Both the position numbers and the translations under genes were made by a program. Below are positions 45,315-55,428 of a stretch of 64,000 nucleotides of DNA, in pieces; position 1 is the first letter of the stretch, and each line of letters begins with the position of its first letter. Location of the stretch: assembly GCA_043721775.1 (NCBI GenBank), contig JAYSQA010000374.1, positions 7,940-71,939 on the forward strand. Direction: 5' to 3'. The stretch is from Rhodobacterales bacterium (GTDB lineage: Bacteria; Pseudomonadota; Alphaproteobacteria; Rhodobacterales; Rhodobacteraceae). The notes under the pieces were generated by a model, which was not told the origin of the DNA, did no database searches, and saw only the letters and a program-made list of their open reading frames with translations.

Positions 45315-47392
45315 TGCTTGGCCTCAAGATTGATCCGGCGATGCTGTTCCGCCCCACCATCCTGCTAGCCCTTGCGCTGATGGGTGTCATTCTGATGATG
45401 GTCTTGCCGGTGCCCTCATGGGTGCTGGACATCGGCCTTGCGCTGTCCTTTGCGCTGGCGATCCTGATGCTGACGGTCACCCTTTTCATTGAACGCCCTT
45501 TGGAGTTTTCGGCCTTCCCGACCATTCTGCTGGCCTCGCTGATGTTGCGGCTTTCGCTGAACGTGTCGTCGACCAAGCTGATCATCGGGCAGGGCCATAC
45601 CGGCACTGCCGCGGCAGGTCATGTGATCCAGGGCTTTGCCGAGTTCATCATGGGCGGCAACCTGTTGCTGGGCATCGTGATTTTCGCGGTGCTTCTGATC
45701 GTGAACTTTGTCGTCATCACCAAAGGCGCTGGCCGCATGGCCGAAGTTGGTGCCCGCTTCGCCCTCGACGGCATGCCCGGCAAGCAGCTCGCCATCGACG
45801 CCGACATGTCCGCAGGCGCCATCACCCACGCCGAGGCGAAAGTGAGACGCGAGCGGGAACTGGCAGAAACCAACTTCTTCGGCTCGCTTGACGGGGCGTC
45901 GAAGTTTGTCAAGGGCGACGCGGTGGCCGGGCTGATGATCACGGTGCTTAACATCGTCATGGGGCTGATCATGGGCGTTTTCGTCCATGGCATGCCCGTG
46001 GGCAAAGCCTTTGAAACTTATGCGATTCTGACGATTGGCGATGGGTTGGTCAGCCAGATCCCGGCCGTGATCATCTCGGTTGGTGCAGCGCTTCTGCTGG
46101 CGCGCGGTGGGGCGGTTGGTGCCACGGACATCTCGTTTTTTGCGCAACTTGGCCGCTATCCTGGCGCTTTGGGGACGGTTGCCTTGCTGATGGCGCTGAT
46201 CGCGCTGGTGCCGGGGATGCCGTTCTTTCCCTTTATGCTTGGCGCTGCTGCCTTGGTGGCCGCCGCCTGGCGGGCACATCGCCAAAACACCAAAGCGCCA
46301 ACCGGGGAGGAAACGGCAGCAGCGGCGCCGGTCAAGAAATCCATCGGCGATGTGCTTGATTTTGATGAGATTCACATCGAGTTCGCGCCAAACCTTGTGG
46401 CGATGGTGCTTGACCCGGCCACTGGTCTTGACGCCAGAATTGCCAATATGCGCAACCATATTGCGTCGCAGTTTGGCTTGATCCTGCCGGAAATCCGGCT
46501 GACGGATGAGGCGACGCTGAACCCCGGCACCTATGCGATCCGCCTGCAAGGGGTCGAAAAGGTGCGCGACAAGCTGATCCCGGACCGCGTTCTTGTACTT
46601 TTGGGCGATGGTATTTCCGCCCCCGATGGCATTGACGTGAAAGAACCGGTCTACAGTGCCCCTGCCCGCTGGATCCGGCCTGACATGCAAGAAGATGCCG
46701 CGATGGCCGGGCTGACCGTCGTTTCAGCGCCCGAGGTTCTGGCGACCCATCTGCTGGAGGTGGTCAAGGGCAACCTGGCCCGGCTTTTGTCGCTTCGTGG
46801 CCTGCGACGTCTGCTGGATGAATTTACCAGGGTCACCGACGCCTCCCGGGCCGACCAGAACAAGCGCCTGCTTGATGAACTTGTCCCCGAAAAGGTGCCT
46901 GTTGATACCCTGCTGACGCTGCTCCGCCTGTTGCTGGAGGAAAGAGTCTCGATCCGCAATCTGCCGCTGATCCTTGAAGCTGCGGCCGAGGCGCGCAGTC
47001 TTGGTACGCCCGAGGCCATTTGTGAACACGTCCGCCAGCGGCTTGGCTTCCAGTTGGTGGCAGAGCTGCGGCGCGATGATGGCACAATTCCGCTGATCCA
47101 ACTCGCCCCCGAATGGGAAAAAACCTTCGCCGCCCACCAGATTGAAGGTGACCGTGGGCAAAGGGATGTGGCCTTGCCGCCGGACCAGTTCAGCCGTTTG
47201 GCCAATGGCTTGGCCGAACGGCTGAACCGTGCCGCTGAAAGCGGAACTTTCCCGGCCCTCGTCACCTCCACCTTGCGACGGCGGTTCTTGCGCACGGTAA
47301 TGGGGGCCAAGGGCCTGACCGCCCCGGTCCTGTCCTACGAAGAGATCGGAATGGAGGCGCGTCCGGCCTTGGTGGGTGTGGTGCCGGCATGA
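45314..47392 (+). CDS. flhA: Flagellar export protein FlhA
   Basis: TKGAGRMAEVGARFALDGMPGKQLAIDAD, DGASKFVKGDA, IGDGLVSQIP, VSIRNL. Confidence 0.97.
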   Translation: MLGLKIDPAMLFRPTILLALALMGVILMMVLPVPSWVLDIGLALSFALAILMLTVTLFIERPLEFSAFPTILLASLMLRLSLNVSSTKLIIGQGHTGTAAAGHVIQGFAEFIMGGNLLLGIVIFAVLLIVNFVVITKGAGRMAEVGARFALDGMPGKQLAIDADMSAGAITHAEAKVRRERELAETNFFGSLDGASKFVKGDAVAGLMITVLNIVMGLIMGVFVHGMPVGKAFETYAILTIGDGLVSQIPAVIISVGAALLLARGGAVGATDISFFAQLGRYPGALGTVALLMALIALVPGMPFFPFMLGAAALVAAAWRAHRQNTKAPTGEETAAAAPVKKSIGDVLDFDEIHIEFAPNLVAMVLDPATGLDARIANMRNHIASQFGLILPEIRLTDEATLNPGTYAIRLQGVEKVRDKLIPDRVLVLLGDGISAPDGIDVKEPVYSAPARWIRPDMQEDAAMAGLTVVSAPEVLATHLLEVVKGNLARLLSLRGLRRLLDEFTRVTDASRADQNKRLLDELVPEKVPVDTLLTLLRLLLEERVSIRNLPLILEAAAEARSLGTPEAICEHVRQRLGFQLVAELRRDDGTIPLIQLAPEWEKTFAAHQIEGDRGQRDVALPPDQFSRLANGLAERLNRAAESGTFPALVTSTLRRRFLRTVMGAKGLTAPVLSYEEIGMEARPALVGVVPA

Positions 47393-48165
47393 ACGATCTG
47401 CTGATGCAGATGATGGAAATGGCCGGAATCACCCAATCCTGGCTTTGGGTTGCAGCACTGGTTTTCCTGCGGGTTGGGGCGGCGGCCTTCCTGATGCCCG
47501 CCTTTGGCGATCAATCAGTTCCGCAAAGGGTGCGGCTGATCCTGGCGCTGGCCCTGACGGCCATCGTCACACCCGCCGTTGCAGCCCGCATGCAAAACCT
47601 GCCCTCGATCCCCTTCGCCGCGGCTGAGGGGGTTCTGGCCGGTCTTGCCTTGGGCATCGGTATGCGGTTGTTCATCCTGGCCCTGCAAATGGCCGCGTCG
47701 ATCGTGGCGCAAACCACGTCGCTGTCGCAGCTTTTCGGCGGCGCCACGCCAGAGCCGCAGCCCGCCATCGGCAACCTGCTTGGCATGGCCAGCCTGGCCC
47801 TGGCCTTGCGCGCCGGGTTGCATGTCAAGGCGGCCAGTCTTCTGATCCTTTCGTATGATTTCCTGCCGGCCGGCCACTTCCCTTTAGTGTCTGACCTGAC
47901 GGATTGGGGCCTGCAGCGCGTAGTCCAAGCGACCGTTCTGGCCTTTTCCCTCGCGGCGCCCTTCGTCATCGCCTCGGTGATCTACAACCTGGCGCTGGGC
48001 GTCATCAACCGCGCCATGCCACAGATGCCGGTCTCGCTGGTTGGCGCACCTGTTTTGACGGCGGGGGCGCTGGTCCTTATGGCACTGGTGGTGCCGACCA
48101 TGCTTGCGGTCTGGATGGAAGGGTTTGACGCGTTTCTGACCAACCCAAGCGGGTCCGGCCCATGA
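47389..48165 (+). CDS. fliR: Flagellar export protein FliR
   Basis: VFLRV..PAFGDQSVPQRVR, LGVINRAMPQ. Confidence 0.92.
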   Translation: MNDLLMQMMEMAGITQSWLWVAALVFLRVGAAAFLMPAFGDQSVPQRVRLILALALTAIVTPAVAARMQNLPSIPFAAAEGVLAGLALGIGMRLFILALQMAASIVAQTTSLSQLFGGATPEPQPAIGNLLGMASLALALRAGLHVKAASLLILSYDFLPAGHFPLVSDLTDWGLQRVVQATVLAFSLAAPFVIASVIYNLALGVINRAMPQMPVSLVGAPVLTAGALVLMALVVPTMLAVWMEGFDAFLTNPSGSGP

Positions 48166-49247
48166 GCGGCGAAGATGACGACGCCGAAAAGTCTTATGAG
48201 CCGTCCCAGAAACGGCTGGATGAGGCGCGACAACGGGGTGACGTACCCCGATCATTAGATCTGTCTACCGCTGCGGTCTATGGTGGTGCCGCTTTGGCCG
48301 TCACACTTTCTGGCCACTATGCGCTGGATCGCTTCGGGTCTGCTGCGATTGGCATGATCGAGCAATCTGACAGCCTCTCGCAAGAGATGATTGCTGCGTC
48401 CCATGCTCCCGTCATTGGACTTCTGGCCAGTTTCGCCGCACCTGTCTTGCCGCTTTTGCTTCTGCCGATGGGGGCGGCTGTCTTCTCGATTGCCATCCAG
48501 CGTGGCTTTACCATCGCACCAGAGCGGCTTCTGCCCAAATGGTCCCGCATCTCTCCTCTGGCCAGCCTCGGGCAAAAGTTCGGGCGGGAGGGTCTGTTTT
48601 CCTTCGGGAAAAGCCTGCTGAAACTGATCGTCGTCTGCCTGCTCGTCCTGTTCATGGTTCCGAAATATGCCGATGCCTTGCTGATGAGCCCGCGGTTTTC
48701 GGCCGGGCAAACCGGCCTTTTAATGATGAAAATCATCCTGCAATTCCTGTTTCTGGCCTTTTTGGCGAGCTTTGTCTTTGGCGCTTTCGATTATGGTTGG
48801 CAATGGCTTCAGCACCGCCGCCGCAACATGATGACCCGACAAGAGATGGTTGAGGAGCAGCGCGAAGCCGAGGGCGATCCGCATATGAAGGGCCAGCGTC
48901 GGCAAAAGGGACGCGAGATTGCAATGTCGCAGATGTTGCAAGACGTGACCCGGGCAGACGTGATTTTGGTTAACCCGACGCACTACGCCGTGGCACTGAA
49001 ATGGCGGCGCGGCGATAAATCGGCACCGATCTGCCTGGCAAAAGGCGTTGATGAGGTCGCAGCCCGCATCCGCGAAAAGGCGTCAGAGGCGGGGATTCCC
49101 ATCCACCGCGATCCGCCAACCGCACGGGCGATCTATGCCACGGTCGAAGTCGGCCAACCGATCCGGCGCGAACATTACAAATCGGTGGCCGCCGCGATCC
49201 GCTTTGCGGAGGCCCTGCGCAAACGTGCAAAAGGCAGGATGACATGA
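48162..49247 (+). CDS. flhB: Flagellar export switch protein FlhB
   Basis: EGDPHMK, autocleavage NPTH, LAKGVDEVA. Confidence 0.96.
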   Translation: MSGEDDDAEKSYEPSQKRLDEARQRGDVPRSLDLSTAAVYGGAALAVTLSGHYALDRFGSAAIGMIEQSDSLSQEMIAASHAPVIGLLASFAAPVLPLLLLPMGAAVFSIAIQRGFTIAPERLLPKWSRISPLASLGQKFGREGLFSFGKSLLKLIVVCLLVLFMVPKYADALLMSPRFSAGQTGLLMMKIILQFLFLAFLASFVFGAFDYGWQWLQHRRRNMMTRQEMVEEQREAEGDPHMKGQRRQKGREIAMSQMLQDVTRADVILVNPTHYAVALKWRRGDKSAPICLAKGVDEVAARIREKASEAGIPIHRDPPTARAIYATVEVGQPIRREHYKSVAAAIRFAEALRKRAKGRMT

Positions 49248-49570
49248 GCGACAAAGCAAAGCTGCGCCGTCTGGCAGAGGTCAGCAATCTTATCCTGGAA
49301 ACCCGACTGCTGGCGCTTGAAACGGCAGCACGTGCCCGGCAAAACAGTTTGGACCGTCTGGAGCAGATCAACAAACCTTCCGCGCCGATGAACCTGCCTT
49401 TGGTCGCCGCAGCTGAGGTTTCGATGCGCTATGAACTTTGGGCGGATCAAAGACGGTCCGAAATCAATACCGTTCTGGCACGGCAGACGGCGGAATGGGA
49501 TGAAGCACGGCAAGAGGCAGCCCGTGCCTTTGGCCGCAATCAGGTGCTTGGCAAGCTGCGGGATCGGTAG
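49244..49570 (+). CDS. Small helical hypothetical protein coupled to flhB (FliJ-like size)
   Basis: ATGA overlap with flhB; ends AARAFGRNQVL. Confidence 0.6.
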   Translation: MSDKAKLRRLAEVSNLILETRLLALETAARARQNSLDRLEQINKPSAPMNLPLVAAAEVSMRYELWADQRRSEINTVLARQTAEWDEARQEAARAFGRNQVLGKLRDR

Positions 49571-49577
49571 GGCGGGC

Positions 49578-50042
49578 TCAACTGTCCTGGCGGACGATGT
49601 CGGTGATCAGCACATCGCTTACTTTCTCGCCCAGAACCATCTTTGCAGCCTCTAGCAAGGCGCTTCGCAGCAGAACCAGGTTTGATCCATCTGTATAAGA
49701 ACCGCTGAATCCGCCCGCATTGGCGTGATCGAACATCACTTGCAGGAACGTGTCGCGCAGCTTCGGCTCTACGTTGTAAACGTCCGGCGTGCTGCCGGTC
49801 GTCACCTCAAGGCTCAGCGACAGGATGACCATTGCGGTCACCTTGCCCTTCTCGACGACCGGCACAATGAATTGATTGGAAAGTTTTGCATATTCCGGGA
49901 CCAGAGCAGGGTCTGGTTCCGCAGGCTTGGCAGCCTCGGCCTGGGCTGCCGGATCAGGTGGCGGGCGCAGAAAGTAGCCTGCGCCCCCGCCGATCAAAAG
50001 ACCGATAATTCCGAGGAGGACTGGTAGGATTTTGCTTGTCAT
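49578..50042 (-). CDS. Second FliL-family protein
   Basis: TM + GGGAG, KLSNQFIVPV, EPKLRDTFLQV, DVLITDIVRQD. Confidence 0.75.
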   Translation of the reverse strand: MTSKILPVLLGIIGLLIGGGAGYFLRPPPDPAAQAEAAKPAEPDPALVPEYAKLSNQFIVPVVEKGKVTAMVILSLSLEVTTGSTPDVYNVEPKLRDTFLQVMFDHANAGGFSGSYTDGSNLVLLRSALLEAAKMVLGEKVSDVLITDIVRQDS

Positions 50043-50047
50043 GGTGA

Positions 50048-50764
50048 TCAGAACGGCAAGATCTGGTCAGCAATCTGCTGGCCATACGCGGGCTGCTGCA
50101 CATCGGTCAGTTGACCCTTTCCACCGTATGAGATTTGCGCGTCGGCGATCTTGTCATAGGTGATCTCGTTCTTGCGCGAGATGTCATCGGGGCGGACATA
50201 GCCGCTGACGATCAGATCGCGCATCTCGTTGTTGACTCGCACCTGTTGCTGGCCTTCAATCCGCAGAACGCCGTTCGGCAGCTCTTCAACCACCGTTGCC
50301 GCAAGTCGCAGCGTCACCTTTTCATTGCGGGCGACATTCCCCGTCCCCGAGAAGGTCGAGGCCGAGTTGGTCGAGACCAGACTGGCCGAGGTTGCCCCCG
50401 TTGGCAGCACCGCATCAAGCCGCTGCGGAATGCCAAACAGCGAGGGCACCCCCATCTTGTCAGTTCCCGTCCGGCTGCGGCCCGAGGAATCATTCAGCGT
50501 CGCCTGATCGTTGATCTGCACCACCACCGTCAGAATATCGCCCCGCGTGCTCGCCCGGTGATCGCCCAGCAGCGAGTTGCGTTGCGCCGTCCAAAGCGAA
50601 GACTGCTCGGTCGGGCCGCGATCATCGACACTTTGAGGCAGGGCCGAATACATCGCATTGTGTTCGCTGTTACCCTCCAAAGGTGAAAACTCTGGCGGTC
50701 GCCCAACCTGGCTCAGATTGCCGCAACCTGCCAGAAAAACACATGAAATCAGCACTCTGCGCAT
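50048..50764 (-). CDS. flgH: Flagellar L-ring lipoprotein
   Basis: Lipobox LAGC, GDILTV, LPNG.L.IEG, GYVRPDDI, IADAQISYGG. Confidence 0.95.
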   Translation of the reverse strand: MRRVLISCVFLAGCGNLSQVGRPPEFSPLEGNSEHNAMYSALPQSVDDRGPTEQSSLWTAQRNSLLGDHRASTRGDILTVVVQINDQATLNDSSGRSRTGTDKMGVPSLFGIPQRLDAVLPTGATSASLVSTNSASTFSGTGNVARNEKVTLRLAATVVEELPNGVLRIEGQQQVRVNNEMRDLIVSGYVRPDDISRKNEITYDKIADAQISYGGKGQLTDVQQPAYGQQIADQILPF

Positions 50765-50767
50765 TAG

Positions 50768-51196
50768 CTATCCCTTGTTGATTGGCCCTACGCTGACGCT
50801 GCCGTCCGGGGCCACAAGGCCCTGAATGGTCAGGTGCGAGGAAAGGTTCATGACATGAACGATATCTCCCAAAGACCCACGCTCCAGCGCGCGGCCTTCG
50901 GCGTGGATGGTCAGCCCATCGGTCTGAAAGACCAGCGTGACCAATTGGTTGCGTTTCACCAAGGCGGGCGCGCCAACATCGGCCTCGTGTACCGGGCGGC
51001 CAGCGTAAAGCGTCACCCGCGCCTCCATCCCAACCGCCAACTCCGGCGCCGACAAGGCACCGGGAATATCGGCCGCGACCATGGCAATATCGTCCGTCGC
51101 AATGACGGACTGCGCCCTGATCGTGCGGGTGGCCACCATGCTGTCGGCCGAGGCCGGGGCGGCCAGCAGCGCGATCAGGGCCACGTAGCGCATCAT
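50768..51196 (-). CDS. flgA: P-ring chaperone
   Basis: SAF-like VATRTIRA, LVKRNQLV, EGRAL..G..GD.V.VMN. Confidence 0.88.
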   Translation of the reverse strand: MMRYVALIALLAAPASADSMVATRTIRAQSVIATDDIAMVAADIPGALSAPELAVGMEARVTLYAGRPVHEADVGAPALVKRNQLVTLVFQTDGLTIHAEGRALERGSLGDIVHVMNLSSHLTIQGLVAPDGSVSVGPINKG

Positions 51197-51981
51197 TTCA
51201 CCTGCGTGGTGGTGGACATCATCTCATCCACGGCGGTGATGACTTTGGCGTTCAGCTCATAGCCGCGCTGGGCCTTGATCAGTTCGGTGATCTCGTGAAC
51301 TGCGTCAACCGAGCTTTCCTCAAGGTATCCCTGCCGCAGCAGGCCAAAGCCGTCAGTGCCGGGCGCGCCTTCTATCGCCGGGCCAGAGGCCGGGCTTTCA
51401 AGGAACAGGTTAGACCCGGTCGCCTCCAACCCCTTTTCGTTGGTGAAGGTGGCCAAGGTGAACTGGCCCAGCAGCGTCGGGTTCAGCTGACCCTCAAAAT
51501 AGGCGTAAACCTCGCCGTTCGGGTTGATCGCCACGCTTTTTGCGTCCGACGGAATCGTGATGCCGGGGTTGACCTGATAGCCATCCGCCGTGACGATCAA
51601 CCCATCCGCCGTGCGCTTCAGCGCCCCGTCGCGGGTATAGGCCACGGCACCCGAAGGCAAGGTTACCTCAAGGTAACCCTTGCCCTGCACCGCCACGTCC
51701 AGATCACCGCTGGTCTGGCTTAGCGCGCCCTGCTCCAGAATGATCGACACGGACGAGGGCCTGACACCCATCCCCAGCTGCACGCCCGTTGGCAGCATGG
51801 TGCCGCTTTCCGAAGAGATCGTGCCGGGTTTCTGCACTTGCTGATACATCAGGTCCGCAAAATCCGCACGGCGGGCGTTGTAGCCCGTGGTCGACATGTT
51901 GGCGAGGTTGTTGGACACAACATCGACCTTCATCTGTTGCGCGCTCATCCCGGAGGCGGCGATTTGCAGGGCGTTCATCAC
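51193..51981 (-). CDS. flgG: Distal rod protein
   Basis: SNNLANMSTTGY, FADLMYQ, YTRDG, QRGYELNAKVI. Confidence 0.95.
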   Translation of the reverse strand: MMNALQIAASGMSAQQMKVDVVSNNLANMSTTGYNARRADFADLMYQQVQKPGTISSESGTMLPTGVQLGMGVRPSSVSIILEQGALSQTSGDLDVAVQGKGYLEVTLPSGAVAYTRDGALKRTADGLIVTADGYQVNPGITIPSDAKSVAINPNGEVYAYFEGQLNPTLLGQFTLATFTNEKGLEATGSNLFLESPASGPAIEGAPGTDGFGLLRQGYLEESSVDAVHEITELIKAQRGYELNAKVITAVDEMMSTTTQVK

Positions 51982-51987
51982 ATGCTC

Positions 51988-52698
51988 CTATCGGCCAAGG
52001 GTCTGAATGACGGTTCGGGCGCGATCATCCTCGCGGTCGAGGAAGCTTTGGCCCAGTTCATAGGCGCGCTGGACAGAGATCATCTTGGCCACCTCTGACA
52101 CCGGATCGACATTGCTGTCCTCCAGATGGCCCTGCATGATCTTGCCGCCCTTAGCCGGTTGATAGCTGTTGGCAGAGAAAAGCGTGCCTTGCTGGTGGGT
52201 TAGCGTCATTGGGTCGGTTGGCGCCCATAGCCCAAGCTTGGACAAAGGCACCCCATCCGCCGACATCGTGCCATCCTGCGCCACGCCGATGTTCTTGGCA
52301 TCCGGCGGAATGAAGATCGTAGAGCCGGAACCATCCAGCACCGGATAACCATCCGCCGTCTGAAGCGTGCCATCCGCGCCGGGGGTAAAGCTGCCGGCCC
52401 GGGTCAGCATATTGCCCTGCGGGGTCTGCACCATGAAGAAACCATCCCCCTCAATCGCGAAATCCAGGCTGCCACCTGTCGTGCTGATACCGGCCTGTTG
52501 CAGGTCCACCACCCTCGTGTTGCCAAAGCCGATCGACAGCGAGGGCCCATCGCCAGTGCGCGCCACATATTCCGAAAACAACGTCCCCTCGCGTTTGAAC
52601 CCCGTGGTAGAGGCGTTGGCAATGTTATTGGCAATCGCGTCCATCTGGCTTAAAAGGCCGCTTTGCCGCGACAGGGTGACGTAGCCCGAGGCATCCAT
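51988..52698 (-). CDS. flgF: Proximal rod protein
   Basis: IANNIANASTTGFK, DFAIEGDGFF, LEDSNVD. Confidence 0.92.
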   Translation of the reverse strand: MDASGYVTLSRQSGLLSQMDAIANNIANASTTGFKREGTLFSEYVARTGDGPSLSIGFGNTRVVDLQQAGISTTGGSLDFAIEGDGFFMVQTPQGNMLTRAGSFTPGADGTLQTADGYPVLDGSGSTIFIPPDAKNIGVAQDGTMSADGVPLSKLGLWAPTDPMTLTHQQGTLFSANSYQPAKGGKIMQGHLEDSNVDPVSEVAKMISVQRAYELGQSFLDREDDRARTVIQTLGR

Positions 52699-52701
52699 GG
52701 C

Positions 52702-52968
52702 TTATCCTCCAGCGATCATCGGCACGATGGTGCCGGTGAAGAACTGCAAAAGCGTCGTGGTCATGAAGCTCATCGAGACCCAGAAGACCACCATCATCGC
52801 CGCCACTTTCGGCACGAAGGTCAGGGTGTTTTCCTGCACCGAAGTCAGGGCCTGAAACAAGCCGACCGCAAGCCCGATCACCAGGCCAACGGTCAGCAAG
52901 GGCATGGAAATCTTGACAGAAATCCACAAAGCCTCGCGCAGCGTGTCAAACAGGATGGTGTCGTTCAT
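52702..52968 (-). CDS. fliQ: Flagellar export protein FliQ
   Basis: GLFQALTSVQENTLTFVPK. Confidence 0.95.
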   Translation of the reverse strand: MNDTILFDTLREALWISVKISMPLLTVGLVIGLAVGLFQALTSVQENTLTFVPKVAAMMVVFWVSMSFMTTTLLQFFTGTIVPMIAGG

Positions 52969-53255
52969 ATCGGCATCCGCAGGATTTCCTGATAGGCCTC
53001 CACCACCTTGTCGCGAACGGTTGTCACCGTCTCGACCGCAAGTTGGGAATTGGCCAAAGCTTCGACCAAAGCATGCGGATCGGCGCCACCGGTCATTGCC
53101 GATTTTGCCGTTTGCTCACCTTTTGCAAGCGTATCCGCAAAGCTTTGAACGAATTGCCCAAGCCCGCTTTCAGCAGTGCCGGGCTGCGGCGAGGGGGCCG
53201 CAGCCGCGCGCGCTTTCTCGTAGATTTGCGCCGCGTAGGAAGTTCTGACGTCCAT
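52965..53255 (-). CDS. fliE: Hook-basal body protein FliE
   Basis: VRDKVVEAYQEILRMPI. Confidence 0.95.
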   Translation of the reverse strand: MDVRTSYAAQIYEKARAAAAPSPQPGTAESGLGQFVQSFADTLAKGEQTAKSAMTGGADPHALVEALANSQLAVETVTTVRDKVVEAYQEILRMPI

Positions 53256-53261
53256 TCTGGA

Positions 53262-53642
53262 TTACCTTCGCAACAGGTCGAACAGGCTTTGGGTCATGGA
53301 CCGGGCCTGATCGAAGATTTTGAGATTTGCCTCATAGCTGCGCTGCGCTTCGCGCGCGTCAGCGACTTCAACCACCAGATTGACGTTTGATCCATCATAG
53401 TGGCCACTCGCATCGGCCAGCGGATTTCCGGGGTCATAGACCCGGTCAAGCGGACTTTTATCCAACTTGACCGGGCCGGTTTCGACCCTGCCGCCGTCGA
53501 TGTTTTCCTGAAAGGACACCAGCTTCCGGTGGTAACCGGGGGTGTCCACGTTCGAGATGTTTTCCGAGACGTGGCGCAGCCTTGCGGCCTGCGCCTCCAT
53601 CCCCGAGGCTGAATAGGACAGCGATGTGATCAGGTCTGCCAT
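53262..53642 (-). CDS. flgC: Rod protein FlgC
   Basis: SENISNVDT, YDPGNPLAD, AQRSYEANL. Confidence 0.94.
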   Translation of the reverse strand: MADLITSLSYSASGMEAQAARLRHVSENISNVDTPGYHRKLVSFQENIDGGRVETGPVKLDKSPLDRVYDPGNPLADASGHYDGSNVNLVVEVADAREAQRSYEANLKIFDQARSMTQSLFDLLRR

Positions 53643-53645
53643 GGC

Positions 53646-54029
53646 TTACCTGCGCCCCAGACTGGCGCGCAGGATGTCGCGCGTGCTGCTGTAGACGGCC
53701 AGGGCCATTTCGTGATCCTGCCGGACCTCAGCCGATTTCACCATTTCTCTTTCAACCGAAACCGTGTTGCCATCCGGCGAAGCCTCACCGGCGGATGGCT
53801 GCGGCACGGGGGTTGAAACCGTCATGGCCGAGGTGAAATGACCCGGCCTTGTGGCCCGCATGCCCGCGTCTGCCGAGTCTTGATATACCTGCCCGAAATC
53901 CGGCAAGTCCATCGCCTTGTAACCGGGCGTGTCGGCTTGTGCTACATTGCGGGCAATCAGATTCAGCCGCGTTGCCGCGTGATCTGCCAGCGCTTCCGCC
54001 ATGCGCGTGATGCTTAGACTTTCCAACAT
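53646..54029 (-). CDS. flgB: Rod protein FlgB
   Basis: NVAQADTPGYKA, PDGNTVSVEREM. Confidence 0.92.
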   Translation of the reverse strand: MLESLSITRMAEALADHAATRLNLIARNVAQADTPGYKAMDLPDFGQVYQDSADAGMRATRPGHFTSAMTVSTPVPQPSAGEASPDGNTVSVEREMVKSAEVRQDHEMALAVYSSTRDILRASLGRR

Positions 54030-54052
54030 CTCGGGCTTCTCCCTCGATCAAC

Positions 54053-54067
54053 TTCACCAAGGCTTAA
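54053..54067. promoter_or_regulatory. CtrA-like box in the flgB/fliI divergent region
   Basis: TTCA-ccaaggc-TTAA. Confidence 0.55.
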
Positions 54068-54114
54068 GACCGAATCATTTAGAAAGGGTTTCGACGGAAC
54101 AAAGGGAGAATCCC

Positions 54115-55428
54115 ATGTCTGGTGTTTTTGATGCTTTGGTTTCAGAAATCTCTACCGTGGCGCAAAAGGTCCGCATGGGCCGGGTGGCAGAGATTGGGCG
54201 TGGCACGGTCATGGTCAGGGGGCTGGAGGATGTTGCAGCCCTTGGCGACCGCGTGTTGATTGGCGCCCGGCTGGGCGGAGAGGTTGTGGCGCTGCGCCGC
54301 GATACCATCACCATCCTGACTGACGAGATGGCGGAGGGCCTACAGATGGGGGCGCTGGTGCATCTGATCGGGCAGGCCGGGATCTCGCCCGACAACAGCT
54401 GGATTGGTCGGGTGATTGATCCGTTCGGCAATCCGTTGGATGGCAAGGTGATTTTCAAGGGTCGAACCATGCGCCCCCTTCTGGCGCGGGCCCCTGCCGC
54501 CGCCACCCGCCGCCGCTTGGGGGAACGGTTGCAGACCAGCGTGGCCGTCTTCGACACGCTTCTGCCTTTGGTGCGCGGCCAGCGGATCGGGCTTTTCGCC
54601 GGCTCTGGCGTTGGCAAATCGACCCTGCTTGGCAAGTTTGCCCGCGGCGTTTCCACCGATGTTGTCGTCATCGCCCTGATCGGCGAACGCGGACGCGAAC
54701 TGCGCGAGTTCATCGAGCGGGTTCTTGGCCCCGAAGGCATGCGCCGCGCCGTGGTTGTCACTGCGACGTCCGACGAATCCGCGCTTGTCCGCCGCCGCTG
54801 CGCCTGGGCCGCGATGGCCGTGGCTGAACATTTCCGCGATCAGGGCCTTCACGTCCTGCTTCTTGCCGACTCTGTCACCCGCTTTGCGGAAGCGCACCGC
54901 GAAGTGGCATTGGCTGGGGGGGAGGAGGCTTCCTTGCGTGGTTACCCCCCCTCGGTTGCCCCCGCCATCATGGCTTGGGCCGAACGCGCCGGGCCGGGGC
55001 CCGAAGGCATGGGCGACATCACGGCCGTCTTTTCCGTGCTGGTCGCAGGGTCCGATATGGAGGAGACGATTGCCGATATCCTGCGCGGCGTGCTCGACGG
55101 CCACGTCGTCATGGACCGCAAGATTGCCGAGCGGGGGCGCTATCCGGCCATTGATCTGCTGCGTTCCGTTTCGCGCAGCCTGCCAGAGGCCGCCTCGACC
55201 GATGAGAATGACGACATCAGCTTTGCCCGCCGCCTGCTGGGGGCCTATGACCGGGCAGAGCTGATGATCCAGGCTGGGCTTTACACCAAAGGCTCTGATC
55301 CCTTGATCGACAATGCAATCAGAGTCTGGCCGGCTCTTGATGCGTTTCTGGGCGAAGATGCACCCCAGGATGGTATCCAAGGCAGTTTCCGCCGCCTGCG
55401 CGCCGCTCTCGGTCGCCGTTCACCGTGA
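54115..55428 (+). CDS. fliI: Flagellar export ATPase
   Basis: GQRIGLFAGSGVGKST, IGERGRE, DSVTRFA, LDGH, YPAID; RBS GGGAG. Confidence 0.96.
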   Translation: MSGVFDALVSEISTVAQKVRMGRVAEIGRGTVMVRGLEDVAALGDRVLIGARLGGEVVALRRDTITILTDEMAEGLQMGALVHLIGQAGISPDNSWIGRVIDPFGNPLDGKVIFKGRTMRPLLARAPAAATRRRLGERLQTSVAVFDTLLPLVRGQRIGLFAGSGVGKSTLLGKFARGVSTDVVVIALIGERGRELREFIERVLGPEGMRRAVVVTATSDESALVRRRCAWAAMAVAEHFRDQGLHVLLLADSVTRFAEAHREVALAGGEEASLRGYPPSVAPAIMAWAERAGPGPEGMGDITAVFSVLVAGSDMEETIADILRGVLDGHVVMDRKIAERGRYPAIDLLRSVSRSLPEAASTDENDDISFARRLLGAYDRAELMIQAGLYTKGSDPLIDNAIRVWPALDAFLGEDAPQDGIQGSFRRLRAALGRRSP

